Below, piece by piece: positions 14,229-33,346 of a DNA stretch of 64,000 nt. Within the stretch, counting starts at the first letter, position 1; each line of letters starts with the position of its first letter. The notes under the pieces were generated by a model that made no database searches, was not told where the DNA came from, and worked only from the letters and a program-made list of their open reading frames with translations. The DNA is taken from the NCBI RefSeq assembly GCF_009914755.1, contig NC_060937.1; one strand, written 5' to 3'. Position numbers and translations under genes: made by a program. Source of the DNA: the human T2T-CHM13v2.0 reference genome, Homo sapiens.

Positions 14229-15509
14229 GACACTAACTTATGTTCCCATTTTATAGAGGGAAAAATGGAGCCTTAGAGAGGTTAAGCACCTGGCTCAGAA
14301 TAACATGGCCAGTTTGTGGTGGGCCCAGGAAAAAAAAGGGTACTTGAGCCATGTTCCCAGGAATATTTTAAAAGAAAAAAATTGTATACAAATTCAACAG
14401 AAAAGTTTTCAAATTGATATTGAGGGAGAAAAAATCATTGACCAAACTTGACTTTGCAAGCCATATTTTTACTCAGCAGCTGCTAGATGTTTTTCAGTGG
14501 GTCCAGACATGTAGGATACCACCTTCATGGGCATCTCTCAGAGCTTCTTCTGGAGAATGCTTTTGCTCCAACTGAGGTAAACATCTGTGAGAACCTCTGC
14601 ATGGTGTCCACAGCTCTCTAAAGGATCCTCAAAGGCAGCCCATGACTTGCTTAGAACAGCAGAGCCCCTTTGCAAGCTTTGTCTCATCTGTGTCTTCTAA
14701 CTTAGCAAAAGAATCTGAACTCCTTGCGGTGAGGGTCTTATCTCCTGGCTTCACTGTAAACAATTCAGGATTCCTGCAGTAGCTGCCAAGGAAGGAAGCC
14801 TGGGAGAGCTTCCCAAGGCCCAAGACCCGGCCAGCCCCCACCGTGCATGGCAGGCAGAGCTAATTCTCCGTCAGTCTATGCATGCTAGGAGAATGCTTTG
14901 GGACAATGTCCTGATAGTAAACACCATGCTGTTTAAACAGAATTCCCATTAGCTTTTCCATGAGGGAGCAAATGCAGAAGTTTTCTTCAGATAGCTTGCA
15001 GTTTCTCAGCCATCCCCAGCCCCACCCCCACAGAGTGACAAGAAACAATCACCAAATGGCCGTTGTTCCATTGATCTGTTTATTTCTCTGTCTTTGGGGC
15101 AGATGGATCAGGTGCAGGCCTGCTGTGGTTTGTATCAGGCACTTAGGCAGTCCTCAGCCCTGTCTCCCTCTGTTCCTTCCTCCCTCCCCGGAAACTCTTG
15201 GGATTCTGTTTCCGCCTCTGAAAAAAAAATCAGGATTCTACTACTACTGTTTAATTTCCTAGTAAATGGTTATTGAGAAATTGGAGTGTAACTACAGGGA
15301 AACACTGCAGACTGTGAAAGACCCACGTCTTTGCCAAGCAGACGCTCTGGGCAAGTCGCCTGGGTCACTAACTTTGGCACTTTGGCTGTGTTGCTTTTCT
15401 TTGGGGAAGATGTATGGCTAAGCTGTCTTTACTTGCCTGTGTCCCTATCAGGCGCAGCAGCAGTAGGAGTTAAGTAAAAGGAGTTAAATTTCTCCACCTT
15501 TTGCACATC

Positions 15510-15730
15510 AGGAGCATGGTCTTCAGGGTCAGATTACCTGGATTCAAACTCTGGCTACACCACTCACTAGCTGCCTGGCCTTGGGTGAGCCACTATACCA
15601 CCCTCTGCCTCTGTTTTCTCATGTGAAAAGGGGGGACAGTAGTATTATCCAGTTCCTGGGTTCCATGAAGGTGAAATATTAATGCTTATGAATTGGCACA
15701 AAGTAATGCTCCATAAAGGGTTGTTGTTAT
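15510..15730 (+). mobile_element. MIR
   Basis: CCTGGATTCAAACTCTGGCT...CACTCACTAGCTG...CCTCTGTTTTCTCATGTGAAAAGGGG. Confidence 0.7.
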
Positions 15731-16035
15731 TACAAAAGCTTAAAATCAAAATTAAGGTATCCTCTTTAAAAAGTCCTTGCACATGTTTAGAAGCTGGTGA
15801 GGCTGCCAGGTGTTTTCATTGCCTACCAGGTACTTACAGTTTAAAAGAAGAAATGGGGCTAAACATGGTTGGAGGGAAAAGTACACTGAGTTCTATTCAC
15901 AAAGGTGAACTCAGGTACTGCGCTGTCACGAAAGAGTGGATGGTACTGACTGTGGGAAGCTTCCTGGGGTCTAGGTCTGAGGAATAAAACTGCAAGATAA
16001 CAAACGATAACGAGGAAGTAGGAGTGCTTGCTTGC

Positions 16036-18884
<2,849 letters not shown>

Positions 18885-21527
18885 TTAAAGCAGAAAATAA
18901 AACTCCTCCACCCAGAGATCATTGTTAATTCCCTAACTCATTTCCTCTTTCAGGCTTTTGAGATAACCTGGGCAGACTCTGGCCATGGGAAAGGAAGGCT
19001 CAGGGGCCCTGTGAGATGCTGGTGCCGTCCAGCTTGGCTCCAGCTAGGAAAGATTGGGCCTGGGGTCCTGGACACACAGAAAGCAATGGGATTTGTCAGA
19101 ATCGTCACCAGCTTCCTCTAAGCCTGGGCAGCAGAGTCTTCTAAGCACCCAGCAACATACAAATTCACCAAAGAAAGCAGTTATTAGAGTTCATACAGAG
19201 AAAGGAGCTGATGATAAACTGATTTTCGGTTTTTAAAGATTTGTTTGGTGTATTAAAATGTGTTTTTGTTGTCTTTAGTAGTCTATTGACACCACCTTAG
19301 AATCTCTCTCATTCATTTCTCATCTATAAGATGAGGAAGGTAACAGCCACACTTCTTTCTCTTAAGTTACAGACTCCCAGGGAGCAGGTTGCTGAAAGCT
19401 CTTTCAGGACACAGTCGAGGTGTAGAGCCCCGTCAGTGTCTAACATAACAGAAGGACAAGGTGGATAGAAGGGCAAGGTGCCTTTCCAGGGCAGCTGCAG
19501 AGTATCAGACTTTCTCGAAGGAAGGTGGATGGCCTGGTGGGACGCAGTGCTCTCATCTAGATTCTGGTGAGAATGGCAGTCCTGGAGGTGAATTTAGTCA
19601 TAGTCCATCAAACAAGTCTAATTGGACATGGCATTCTACCTCTTCAAAAGCTAAACAGCCCACTTGACAGAAGTTTCCAAGTTTGGTTTAGCAATTCTAT
19701 ATTGTATAGATACTGCTTTTGTCTGTTGTAATGAACAGGAGTTATAATTACTCCAAGGTTTGTTCTTTTTTTAATGTGTACACTACTTTTACATCATCAA
19801 TTGTTGGTCCATTTTGTTAGTTTCTTACATTCCACATAGACTAGTCTGAATGTTTGCAGTGGGATCAGATGTTACTAGCATATTGTCAGATTTTTTGTCT
19901 TATTTTTTTTCTATCACAGCCTGCCTGCCTGCCTAGATCTGTAGAACCAAGTCTCATTCAGGTCAAGGATCAAGTGCTTGAAAGGAACTGAAACTCATTC
20001 ATAGGGTCAGAGCGGGTGGTGGCAGACAGGAAACATTAGAGAATGTCAGGCAAGGCAGGGGCTCTCCCCGGTATTTCTCCCAATGGCCCCATTGTCTCTC
20101 CTCTCTGCCATTTGTTTCCTTTCTCTCCAACCCCTGGACCCATACCCTCTGTGAGGCTCTTAGTTTCTGCTCCCGCATAACATCAGCTTGCGTGGAGAGG
20201 CCGCTACACTGGCTCTGGAATCGGTGCTTAGTGGCTCAGGGCTCACGTCTCTTGCTTTCTTCAGCAGAGGAGCCTGGGAGTTGCATCTCCTAACACGGCG
20301 GGAGAGGGAGGAGCCCCTTGACTTAGAGTAGGGAAACTTCCTGTCATTCCTAATGAGACTCACCTTATTGTCTTGGGAAAAGAAACTTAGGACATTTCAA
20401 GCCTCAGAGTGTAGGCAAGAGGCAAAGCAAAGGCAGGAACCAGGGGGCATGGAGGGTATGTACTGCAGGTTTCTCCTTTTCCACACCTCCTTCAGCATAC
20501 AGAATACACATGATCCCTTCAGGGGTCGTATGGACCAACCTAAACCACCCCCAGCACAGTTTCTAAAATTCACCAACCAAGTGGTTTAAGGAGCGAGGGA
20601 GAATTAAGCAGAGTTCTCAGTTCACCTAGTGAGAATTACTAGCCAAGGAATTCTTCCTTGACTTAGGTGAGATTGTCAAGATTCAAGGGATGGACGTTTT
20701 TGTTGCTCAGGAGCAGGAAGGAGGCAAGAGTTCATTTTGGAGGTGAGGAATAAGGAGGAGGGCAGCCCAAGGAAAGTTGCGCTTTGAAGGAGCAAAAAGG
20801 AACCAGGAGGCAGAAGGACACAGGAAGCCTAGTGCTGTTGTTGACAATAGGTGCTCATTAAACTTCTGGTCAATTAACTGGAAGAGTAAGGAAAAGACGA
20901 ATGGAAGGCAAAAGGGGGCCCACTCTGGAATGTGGATTTCAAATGTTCCCTATTGCCTATGCTTTTCCCTGCAGCTGAGAGCAGCTGCCTTTGGCTCTGC
21001 TCCTGGCTTGGGCCCTGTGGTTCTTGGGGAGGTACGAATAGAGCAGGGGAGCCAGGAGCCCTGTATCAAACAGGCGAGAGTCTTGCATCTTCCTTTCTGA
21101 TGCATTCTAGAAGTGATGAGAAAGCATCTTCCTCCACTCCCAGTCTGTTGCAAGATCCTGCTGGAATTCCACTCACTTCTCTGCCCTCACTTGCTACAGG
21201 GACTTCCTCTCCAGGATGAAGTCATGGGGGCAGGAGCCATGGGGAGCCTTTGCGGCTGTGACCCATGATTGAGTCTGGGGGAGGGGTAGCTGGAGGTGGG
21301 GTACAGCCTAAGGCCAATGAAACAGTTTTTCACAGCATTAACTTAATGGGAAATGGAGGGACTCACAAGCAGATCTTGGACTTATGACTGCCACACTCTG
21401 CTCTGACCTGTGGGGCTGACAGATTGCTCCTCAGTAGATGTTGGACTTGGGTAACTTTCTCCTTCATGTCCCTTAAAACCCACGACAATTGTGTCTATTC
21501 TGGAGTTTCCCTGGCAAGAGAAAGTGA

Positions 21528-21896
<369 letters not shown>

Positions 21897-22126
21897 TAAC
21901 TTAGCAGCTCTAGGAATCTTTACCCTAAACGTTTTCTCTCTCTAGAGATCATAATGGGAAGACTGGAGATTGTGAAATCAAACAAAAATGGGTTTAAATC
22001 CTTTCACATTTGTTATCTAATGTGTGGTCTTATCTCATCTCTCTGAGACCAGTTCCGAGGTTTGTATAATGAAGTTAGTAATATTACCTCCTTAAAGCAT
22101 TGAGGATTTAAGTGGAGAATACCAGT

Positions 22127-22578
22127 GTTGAGGTAGAAATGCCAGTCAATCCTGGCAGGAAGGGGGATGACTAGAGGACTGTTTAATAAGGGAGTTATTT
22201 ACAAAGGTGTGGCCAGGGTAGGAAGCAACAGGGACAGAGCTTACCCAGGCTGGTAGCAGTGAGGCCACCCTCTCCAGCTCTGAGGGGGTGGGAGTAGGGC
22301 ATTGCCAGAACCTGCCTTGCAGGTACTGTGTGACCTTTAGTCAAGAGACAAAGCCATCCCACAATGACACCAGCAGGGAGGAGTTGACAACCAGCGTCAT
22401 TTCCTTCTCTCTCCCTCCAGTTCCCTGCCTGGGCTCCCTCCCCATTGCTGAAATCCAACCAGAGGCCAGAGGGTAGGGGAGCCCCCGTAGGTAGTCTACT
22501 GAGAACAGCCTCTGGGGACAGCAGCTGGAGAAGGGTGAACCATAGAGTGAACCAAGGAGACAGAAGATCTCCAGCACA
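22127..22578 (-). mobile_element. ERVL LTR (LTR33-like)
   Basis: GTTTAATAAGGGAGTTATTTACAAAGGTGTGG...CCCATTGCTGAAATCCAACCAGAGGCCAGAGGG...GAAGATCTCCAGCACA recalls the LTR33 consensus. Confidence 0.55.
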
Positions 22579-25500
22579 GCAAGAGCTCAAGAAATGAGAT
22601 GACTGTGATGAGTCATTCAAGTTCAGTTTAGAGCCTTCCAGCCCATAGCTGGTAAGTTTCTTGAGAACAGGCATTTTTGTTTTCTCACAAAGCATTGGTA
22701 AATCTCCATACAGATAATATGCGCCCATCAATGGTTGCTGAACAGTGATCAGGTTCTGAAAAAAAGCAAAAAATACTGACTTGTGAGCAAGTTTAACATT
22801 TGAAGTTCAAAGACAATGGTATCATAAATTTAAATTGCACAGCAAGGAATAAAAACAAGACAGGCATCAAGTCTGGTACAGCTTCATTTATTTCTTACTC
22901 TTCCTACCGAATTGAGTTTGCATCCAGGTACTCCTCATGCCTCCGTTGGCAGAATGATGATGTAATGAACGAACAGCATTTACAGTAAATGACAGCAAAT
23001 TGCTCTGTAATTCAAGGGCTAACCCATGTGCCACACAATGATCTTTTGATGTCTGTGAATTTCTTCAAGGTGGGTGGGGAAGCTTTTTGCTTGTAGGGAA
23101 GGCTCTGGATGGACTGAGCCTCTGACATATCAACTGTAAATCCTGGAGTCCTGGGGCTTTATTCGGAGGAAGAAAGCACCTTCTACAGGCAGCAGTAGAG
23201 TGGACTGTCCCAGAATCGAGCCCACTGCCCTGAGAATTGGACTCCACAATGGCCAGTTGGACATTGTCCTTGTGCCCGGAGGGGTGACCTACACGTGGGA
23301 CAGGAAAGGACATTGTGGCTTCATCACCAGAAATGCTCTGCCAGGTCTGTCCTTCTGGAACTTGCCTAACCTGCTCTGCAAAGGTTTCAAGATGTTCTAA
23401 TGCATCCACTTTAATTTATTCAAACCCCAATGTACGGTCAGATTTTTCTGGCTTCTGGCTAGCTAGGTGAAGAGAAGGGTGTTGCTCAGAGGTAATTAAA
23501 TGGTGGGGCAGAGCCATTAGGAAAGTGCATGGGTCCAGGTCATGCTTCTCAGGCCTCAGGTAGCTTTCTGAGAATAGCCTGTCTTTCGGCATCCCAAACT
23601 AAGGCCTCCACAGCCACGCCGGGCCCCAGAAATCTGCATTCTAACACTCCTCGCTGATGTGGACAGGCCTTGTTGTGGAAACAGGACTCCCGGGAGCAAG
23701 AGAACCAAAAAGTATATTTCAGGAGAATTTAAACATAAAAAAAGTCCTACCTTATTTAAAAAAAAAAAAAAACTGCTTACTTCCCTTAAAAAATACGTAC
23801 CTAAGGTTAGCCACTTGCACTTATTTGTAGAATAATCGCATTGTGCTTACATTTCTTGCAAGCAAAATGTCATTTTATTACCAATTGATCTGGCAAGAAA
23901 ACAAGTGAGCTAAAACCTTTTTATACTTTTTTTTCTCACCCAAGATCAAGTAATGATTGGTTCCACTAAAGGCTTAGTAGAACAGCCCATCTGTGTGACT
24001 GCTGCAAAAGTGGGTGACAAACTCTACACCGGGGTAAGTGACCCTTTCTGTTGTTGTCACCCTGTGGCACCGCACCATCTGTTTGTTGAATTCCTCTGAT
24101 AGGCTGACTTCTAATGATCCTATACTTTAAAGAAGTGGCTTCTGCAGCATGGGCTTTCAATCCAAAGTCCAGGTGGTGTGGGCTGAAAAAAGGAACTGTC
24201 CAGACTCTGGTGCTAGTGTCGGGTGGGTTTCCACAGTCCACGCTGAATGCTGGGGGTCAGAGGAGCAGCCAACCATCAAAGTCTGAGTACAGCGTCTGTC
24301 CCATGTGAGCATGAGGGAAAGGGAATCCCAGATCTGACTTTCATCCTTCAATTCCCATGCTCAATTATTTTTAACTTCCATGTTTCAGGATGGAAAAAAA
24401 TTGCCAAAACACACAGAACAAGGCTTGTCCAGAGAATCGTTGAGGATGTGAGAAAAAGTTTAAACTTAAAGTTCTTATGGCCCTCAACCTTCTGGAGTTA
24501 GAGGAGGGGAGAGGGTGATTTGCAGACCGGAGGATTGCTGGAGGCCTAACCCTGAAATTAGTAGGGACAGGTTTGTTATTTGGCTGAATCACCTGGCTGG
24601 TGCCTGCCTGAAGTCAGAGGAGACGGGCAGGGCCACCCTATGTATGGAATCAAAGGAAGAGCTAGTGGCTTCTGGTTCCTGGCCAGATTTCTGTCTGTTT
24701 CTGCTTTAAATAGGCTGTGTACACCCAAAGGCTGTGTGATGGACACATAGTTATTATTCAGGACATAAGACAAACTTTTGCCTGGCATCAGCTTACCATG
24801 TGGCCAAAGCCTGCCTCAGTCCCTGTATGGTGAGTGCTGTTGTGCCTGTTGTCCGTGTCCCCTGGGCTGAAGCCCCATGCCACAGCTCTGGGACAAGGGT
24901 GGGGGATTAATAACCTTAGGACCTCGCAGGACCCTGGGGTCCCAGCCTTTGGTTGCCTGTACTGCTCCCGGGTGGAGAAATTCACCTGGGAGTCCCTCCA
25001 GGTCCTCTGTGGATTAGGGAAGTGCAAAGAGGTGGGTGAGGTAGCCAGGAGGCTACTCCACACAGCCCTTTCCTTCAGGATGTTTTCTTTCTGCCCAGAG
25101 TGGTGGTGAACACACAGGCTGATATCATCCCTCTTTTGCAGGGTCTGTCCTGGCTGAGGCAGGTTTGCACCCTGCCTGGGTGCTCAGCACTTCGTGTGAA
25201 GGGAATCATTCAGGGCAGTCACAAGCCCCTGCACCCGGGAGTCCACCCTGGAAGCCAGGGGCTGGCCCATGGCTTCACACACACGGCCAGTGGGACTAGG
25301 ACTAAGTGAGCAGAGCCCAGTTCTTCTCGTTCCCAGTGTGAGCTGATGTACAGGCACCTCCCTGTAACTGGATCAAAAGGGGACTGTTTGGCAAATACAA
25401 ATCAAAGCACAGTCTAGGACCCAGCCGATTAGAGAGAAGGCATGAATCAGAGAAGAGAGAAAATGGGAAGAGGTCAGAGATAAAGGCAAAGCGTGGTTGA

Positions 25501-26009
25501 TGAGAACTGCAGAAGTACGTGGGAGGGGTCAGTGTTCTGATTTATTGACTACCTTTCAACTCATTGTTTAGCGTCATGGGAACAAGGCGTTTATCAGACA
25601 AGATCAGAAGTTTAAAGGTGGCCAGCTTTATGGGGTTAATAACTCCATGTCCATGTTCCCTAAGTGAAGTGAATAGTTCTTTGTGCTGATAACATGCTGA
25701 CGGTTTAACGGTGGTTTAGAAAGAGCACAGACCACATGTGAAGAAGTAACCACTTACCAGATGACTGTGAAGACAGAAATCAACAGAACCTGCAAACACG
25801 CTATTTTCCTGGACCTAAATAAGTGCCCATTCAGATGGTGACTGCTTTTTAAAACCTTTATTTTTCTCTCTATAGGCTTAACATATGTAATGTAAGGAGC
25901 CGGGAATCTCTGCAGGTTAAACTGCTGAAAAGAAAGCTCTGATGAGCTACGGAGGAATGAGACAGAGTTCTTACACAGGGGTGGAGCGGGGGACGCTTTC
26001 TGGCTTCAT

Positions 26010-26290
26010 CGTGATTCACTTACTTGCCTTCGTGTGAGTCTCCTCCTTTTCTGAAATAAAACCCATCCTAAAGGACAAGGATTGTTCAGTAAGGAAATTC
26101 AAGAGATTTTCATATAAGCTTGAAAGTAATCCAGAAAAGGAATTATAAAAATGCTTTGAACAGTAGCTGTATTATTTAAGTCCACTTATTAGGTGGCTGC
26201 TTTGAAGAGACAAATGTTTATTGGGGTTTTTAAGTTCTTGTGCATTTGTTTATAGGAGAGAGATAAAGGAATTTCCATCACATATGGGCA
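26010..26290 (+). mobile_element. Decayed mariner transposase C-terminus (MARNA-like)
   Basis: Fragmentary peptides PEKEL*KCFEQ* and GGCFEE, plus ILKD/LKG-like sequence, echo the mariner end (LKGRRF...CFEQW...GDYFE). Confidence 0.5.
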
Positions 26291-26900
26291 TATCTTGTCT
26301 TGACCAGCTAGTCCTCTTTCCTATGATGCTTCTTGGACTTGTGCAGAAAGCATTGCCCCTCCTTACCCCAGGGCCAAGGACCAGCTGACTTCTCACAGGG
26401 CTGACTCACAAAACCATCTACCCGAAGCATCTCTACTTACCTGACCTGGGCACTGAAGCGCCTTATCTTGTTTACCTCAGAATCCTCCAAGGGCATGGAA
26501 ATCACTAGAAATCAAGACAAGTCAGATAAAAGGATTTTGTGCTACTTCCAGGTGTCCAGGAGGTAAAGTTTGGATGCTGAAATGTCAAGATTTACAAGAC
26601 ATTTCAGTGGCTTATGAGAACAACAGAACCATGTACTTGAAGTGGAAAATATAACAGAAAATCTGGAAAGCCACAGCTTTCATACAGCTGTACAAATGAC
26701 TAGATTATTGCTCTAACATCTATCTGAGGAAATAGGAGTTTTGCTGAAGGATAGGGACAACCAATGTGGACCCTGGCTGTCTTGGGAAATTGTAACACTT
26801 TTGGGGTGGCAACTGGGAAGAGAGAGGATGAGGACATGAGAAGGCAGGGTGTTAAATAGCAACATAAAACAAGGGAAGGCAGATTAGAGAGGTAGGCAGC

Positions 26901-27395
26901 TGTGGCAGACACAGCCAACCATATTTCCCTCATAACAGCTCACATATCCCCTCAGGGTACCAATGTGCTCAGCTTAGAACACACAGCTTCCCTGACTCCC
27001 TTGCAGCTAGGGTTGACTGTGTGACCAAGGTCAGCCAATGAGATGCGCTTGAGTGACAGACTGAGGCTTCTGAGAATGCTTTTTGAAGGAGAAGTAGCTG
27101 ACATGTGTTACTTGGATTGTTTCCCTTTGCCCTTCTCCCTTCTCCCTGGGCACAGAGCTGGAATGCAGAAGTAGGAACCATCTTAATGCTACAGGATAAA
27201 TGCCACATGCTAAGTGTAACAGAAGAGAAATCTAGAACAAGCCTGGAAACTGATCACACTGCAGAGCTGCCATGCAGCCTTGAATGACTTCCCCCAAAAA
27301 ATCTTCTGTTATAGGAGAACAGTGAACCTCTATTCAGTTGAGCCATCATGCTCAGGCTTCAGTTTCATAGGGCCATCTGGACCAAGTCCTAATTT
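26901..27395 (+). mobile_element. Old MaLR LTR (MLT1J/K-like)
   Basis: TTCCCTGACTCCCTTGCAGCTAGG...TGTGACCAAGGTCAGCCAATGAGATG...GGCTTCTGAGAA motifs. Confidence 0.7.
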
Positions 27396-27696
27396 ATGCT
27401 GTACTCCAATATATCAGACCCTGGACAGAAGGCCAAGAGGCCAGAGTTTCAGTCCTGGCTCTGTCCTGGCTGTCCTTATTTATGAGTGTGTGACTTAGGC
27501 AAACCACCTAGGACCCCAAGCCTCAAATTGGGGGTAAACTAACTGCCAAAACAACATCTCACAGACTGTGTTGAAACTAAAATTATTTAAAAGTATTTGA
27601 AAAGTATTAACATTATTAGGAAGGTAAAGAAAGGGGTTAATTCAGTAAGGCCAGGCTTAAGAGAAGACATTAAGAAAATGTGGTGTTTGGAATTCA

Positions 27697-28020
<324 letters not shown>

Positions 28021-29812
28021 AAGTCTAGGAAAGGAAACTTCATACATAGCACACCTGGAGATGATATGACAGTTGAGGCCAGGGAAGGAGCCAACATTAG
28101 CAATGGATTCCCACGTATTTCCAGCGGGCAGGTGGGTCCAGCAGCAGATGTAGCCAGAGATCCTGGTACCCAAAGGCCCAGTGGGATTAGACTGTGCAGC
28201 CTATACAGACCAGATGATAGCACAGAGATCAAACTGCCCCACCACAGAACTTCCTCTCTGCACAGGTTGAAGGGAAAGAGAAATGTGAAACACTAAGTAC
28301 TTAGCCCAGTGAGATTAAGTTCATCTGGTAGAGATTGTGTAAGCCCAGTTGGAAATAGTGGCTCCTGGGACATTTGAGATCTATTATAGAAAATAAAGTT
28401 ATATTTCTCTGTGTATTTAAACGTTGTAAATTTCAGTGCCTTTGCCCATAGCTACAGAAAGCTTAATGTCAGTGGGCACAGGAAGGACAGACAGGGTCGG
28501 CCCTGGAACTAGATACCCCTGCTGAGCTCGGGCAGGTGCTAGGGATGCCTGAAGATGAGGGAAAAAAAGCAAGTCATGCAGGTAAAACACAATAGCTAGA
28601 GACAGGCAACAGGTGGTAGGTAGGCGTAAAGGTGTGTGTGGGATGGACCATAACATGTGAGGAGGTGGAGTGCAGCACAGGGAGGCCCAGCTGAGCTGAG
28701 CCCAGCAGAGATATTAGCAGACAGCTGTGGGGGAAGCTGGCCATACCTACAGAACCAGAGCACAGGGGAGGAGAGGCAGAATAGTGCCGGGGCCACAAAA
28801 AGGAAATAGCAAGAGAACACAGAGTTATGGTCCAAAGGGGCAAGGGGACAGGGCAAACAATCATCGGCACTAGAGCGAGTCCCCAGGATGTGGCCTCCAG
28901 AAGAAGTGACAGCCTGCGTAGAATCAGACAGCGCATCCAGAGTGGGGGTTTCGTGAGCAACGCTTCATGTATCCTGTCTGAGGAGGGGGCTGGGTCGAGC
29001 CCCTGGGGGAAGGCTCTTTCTGCATGCCTTCCAGAGGTTGTGCTAAGTGTGGTTGCTGGCGGGAGGTGGGGAGCAGGTAGGAAGATGTAGCAAATGGTCC
29101 AAACGGAGTGACAAGGTAGAATGGTACCCAGATAGAACTCTGCCAGGTGAGAAATGCCAAGAGAGCTGCAAAAGCTGTGTCCTTGGCTGTGGGTTTGGGC
29201 CAATGAATTTCTCTCCCCAGCATGAGGACTTCGCTGCCTTTATGCAGGGAGTAATGGTAGACAGTGCCTAGTAGATTTGATATGTTGGTTTCTGGGGCTT
29301 TTCCAAGTACCCTAAAACCACACCATGAAAAGTGTAAGCCCTGGCCCCCTTCCCAGTGAGTAGTTATCCTCTGGAAGATTCTGGTGCGCTGCTCAGGGCA
29401 TCGAACAAGCCCCCGGCTGACTTCTTGCTGTTGTTTATCACAGAGGCAGATGGGTGGGGGTGCGCCTGCTACATAGAGGTCGTATGGATGCCGAGAGCAG
29501 CACATCTCTTTTTGGCAGCTTAAGCCAGGCCTGGATTAGCAAAGCATCCCAATGGGAAATGCTTCCAGGAGAGAGGAAAATTGGTTTGTTTTTTTAGCAC
29601 GGGGAGTAGCAGGGGAACATCAGTAGAGACCCTGGATATGCCATCTTGATAGACCAGAATGGCTTTTACTCATTTAAGAACCACTGACTTGTAAGAGCAG
29701 CTGGTCGTGACCCACTGTTCCAGCCCTCACCAGTACCAACATTGCTCCCTGAGCCTAGAAAACATGAAGGCTTTGTTCAGTGATTTTATGGCCTCAGGAG
29801 AGCTTCACTCGT

Positions 29813-30228
29813 TGTTATGGACAGAATGTGTCCCCCAAAATTTTGCATGTTGAAGTCCTAATTTCCAGAACGTCAGGATGTGACCTTATTTGACAATAAG
29901 ATCATTGCAGAGGTAATTAGTTAAGATGAAGTCATTAAGGCGGGCTCCAATCCAACATGACTGGTGTCCTTAAAAAAGTGGAGACTTAGACACAAAGTTA
30001 TGCATAGAAGGAAGATGATGTCATGAGATGCAGGGACGAGATGGCCATCTACAAGCCAGAAAGAAAAGACAGGGATAGATTCTCCCTCATAGCCTTCAGA
30101 AAGAAACAGCCCTGCCAATGCCTTGATCTCGAACTTCTCAACTCCAGAGCCGCAGGAAAATAAATTTCTATTGTATAAGCCACCTAGCTCGTGATACTTT
30201 GTTAAGGCAACCCTAACAAATGAATACA
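29813..30228 (+). mobile_element. MLT1B-like solo LTR, complete
   Basis: TG...CA termini, AATAAA, 5-bp TSD CTCGT (29808-29812) / CTCAT (30229-30233). Confidence 0.9.
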
Positions 30229-30436
30229 CTCATTATTCGAAAAAAAAAATACTTTTTCTTCTCTCATCTTTTCCTCTGATGTGCAATAATTAGGAAAGAG
30301 ACAGTACAACAATTTTGAACATATGTATTTTTGATAGAAGTTTGAAAGCTGGGTATCCTCTAAAATCATATTTGTTCACAGCAAGATTGAAAATTATATA
30401 ATGTGCCTCACTTTCACTCTTTAAGAGTATTTTTAG

Positions 30437-30865
<429 letters not shown>

Positions 30866-31221
30866 TTAGGATCATCTGGAGTGATTCCTCAGCCCGACCT
30901 GAGGCAGGCATATTAGCCTCACAAAAGTTTGCAAATTCAGCATAATGTGAAAGAAAAGGAGGGCTGGGATATTTATTTTTAAGTGAATCTTTTGATCTCC
31001 TGGAAACAAAGTGTTCACTTTCCTGAGCAGAATTAAGCTCTTGGTTGCCTTGAACCAGCAGCAGCCTCAGAATTTGCTCAGAGAGCATGAAGCTCAGTTG
31101 GGCTGGTGTGGGAGAGAAGTTTTCCTAAGAAGATTATTAACAGGAAATAATTCATCTGAGTTTCTGAATGGTCTTTCATTGCCAGGCCACAAAAATTCCT
31201 TATTTTTAAATAAACAATCAT

Positions 31222-31653
<432 letters not shown>

Positions 31654-31829
31654 TCAGCTTTGGGGCCACGATGTTCACCAACGTTGTGGATTCTCTGGGC
31701 CTATTGGGCTCTGAGAGATAGGCCCCAGCACAAGACTGGCACATAGTAGGCCCACAGGAAATATTTAAGGAGTGTGAATGGATAAATGGATTTGGATGCA
31801 ACAAGTCTGAATTGTGGATGCAAATTTGA

Positions 31830-32150
<321 letters not shown>

Positions 32151-32498
32151 TGTTCTTTATTTTTATGAGAGATAAGGTCACATGCATTAGAGACAGGTGT
32201 TGACATCTGGTAGTCACTGTGTGAACTTGGCAAAATTATTTCACCCCTTTGGGCTTCAGTTGGGGTGAAAGGCCACTGAACTGAAAGAAGAAGACATGGG
32301 CTCCAGCCCTGGGTTTGCCAGGGGCCTGCTCCTGGCTGGGCCTTTGCTGTCTCTAAGAATTTACTAGTCCAGAAAGGGGCAGTCTCTCTTCAGCCAGAAA
32401 GGATTTTTAAGATGTCAAAACACCATAATATACAGAAAACTAAAAATACTTACAACCTTCTTTACATTCTGCTTACATAATATCAAGAAGTAACTAAG

Positions 32499-32808
<310 letters not shown>

Positions 32809-33039
32809 TTAAGTATGGTCAAGAAGTACTGTGCTCTTTGACTATTTTATGTGCGTCATCAGAGGTTAGGACATAAGACCAAGGAGAGTCAGAGAGATGG
32901 GTAACTAAACAGCTCTACTTGATAAAGCCTGACCCCCAGTGATGTTTGATGACTGGTTGTTATTGTGTGTTCTTGAAATTTTACTCTGCATCTTTTGAAT
33001 CTGGTCAGTTGCCTGGAGATGATTATAAAAGTTTTACTG

Positions 33040-33346
33040 GGCCAGGCGTAGTGGCTCGCGCATGTAATCCCAGCAGTTTGGGAGGCCAGGCAGGTGGATC
33101 ACCTGAGGTCAGGAATTCGAGACCAGCCTGGCCAACATGGTGAAACCCCATCTCTTCTAAAAAAAAAAAATACAAAAATTAGCTGGGCGTGGTGACGTGT
33201 GCCTGTAATCCCAGCTACTCGGGAGGCTGAGGCAAGAGAATTGCTTGAACCCAGAAGGCAGAGGTTGCAGTAAGCTGGGATGCACCGTTCCAGTCCAGCC
33301 CAGGGGACAGAGCAAGACTCCGTCTGAAAAAAAAAAAACAAAAAAC
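33040..33346 (+). mobile_element. Alu SINE (AluSx-like)
   Basis: TSD AGTTTTACTG at 33030-33039 and 33347-33356. Confidence 0.95.

Noticed and set aside
28574-29505. 209-aa and 193-aa minus-strand ORFs
   Set aside because: No domain similarity or exon structure; explained by purine/pyrimidine strand skew.
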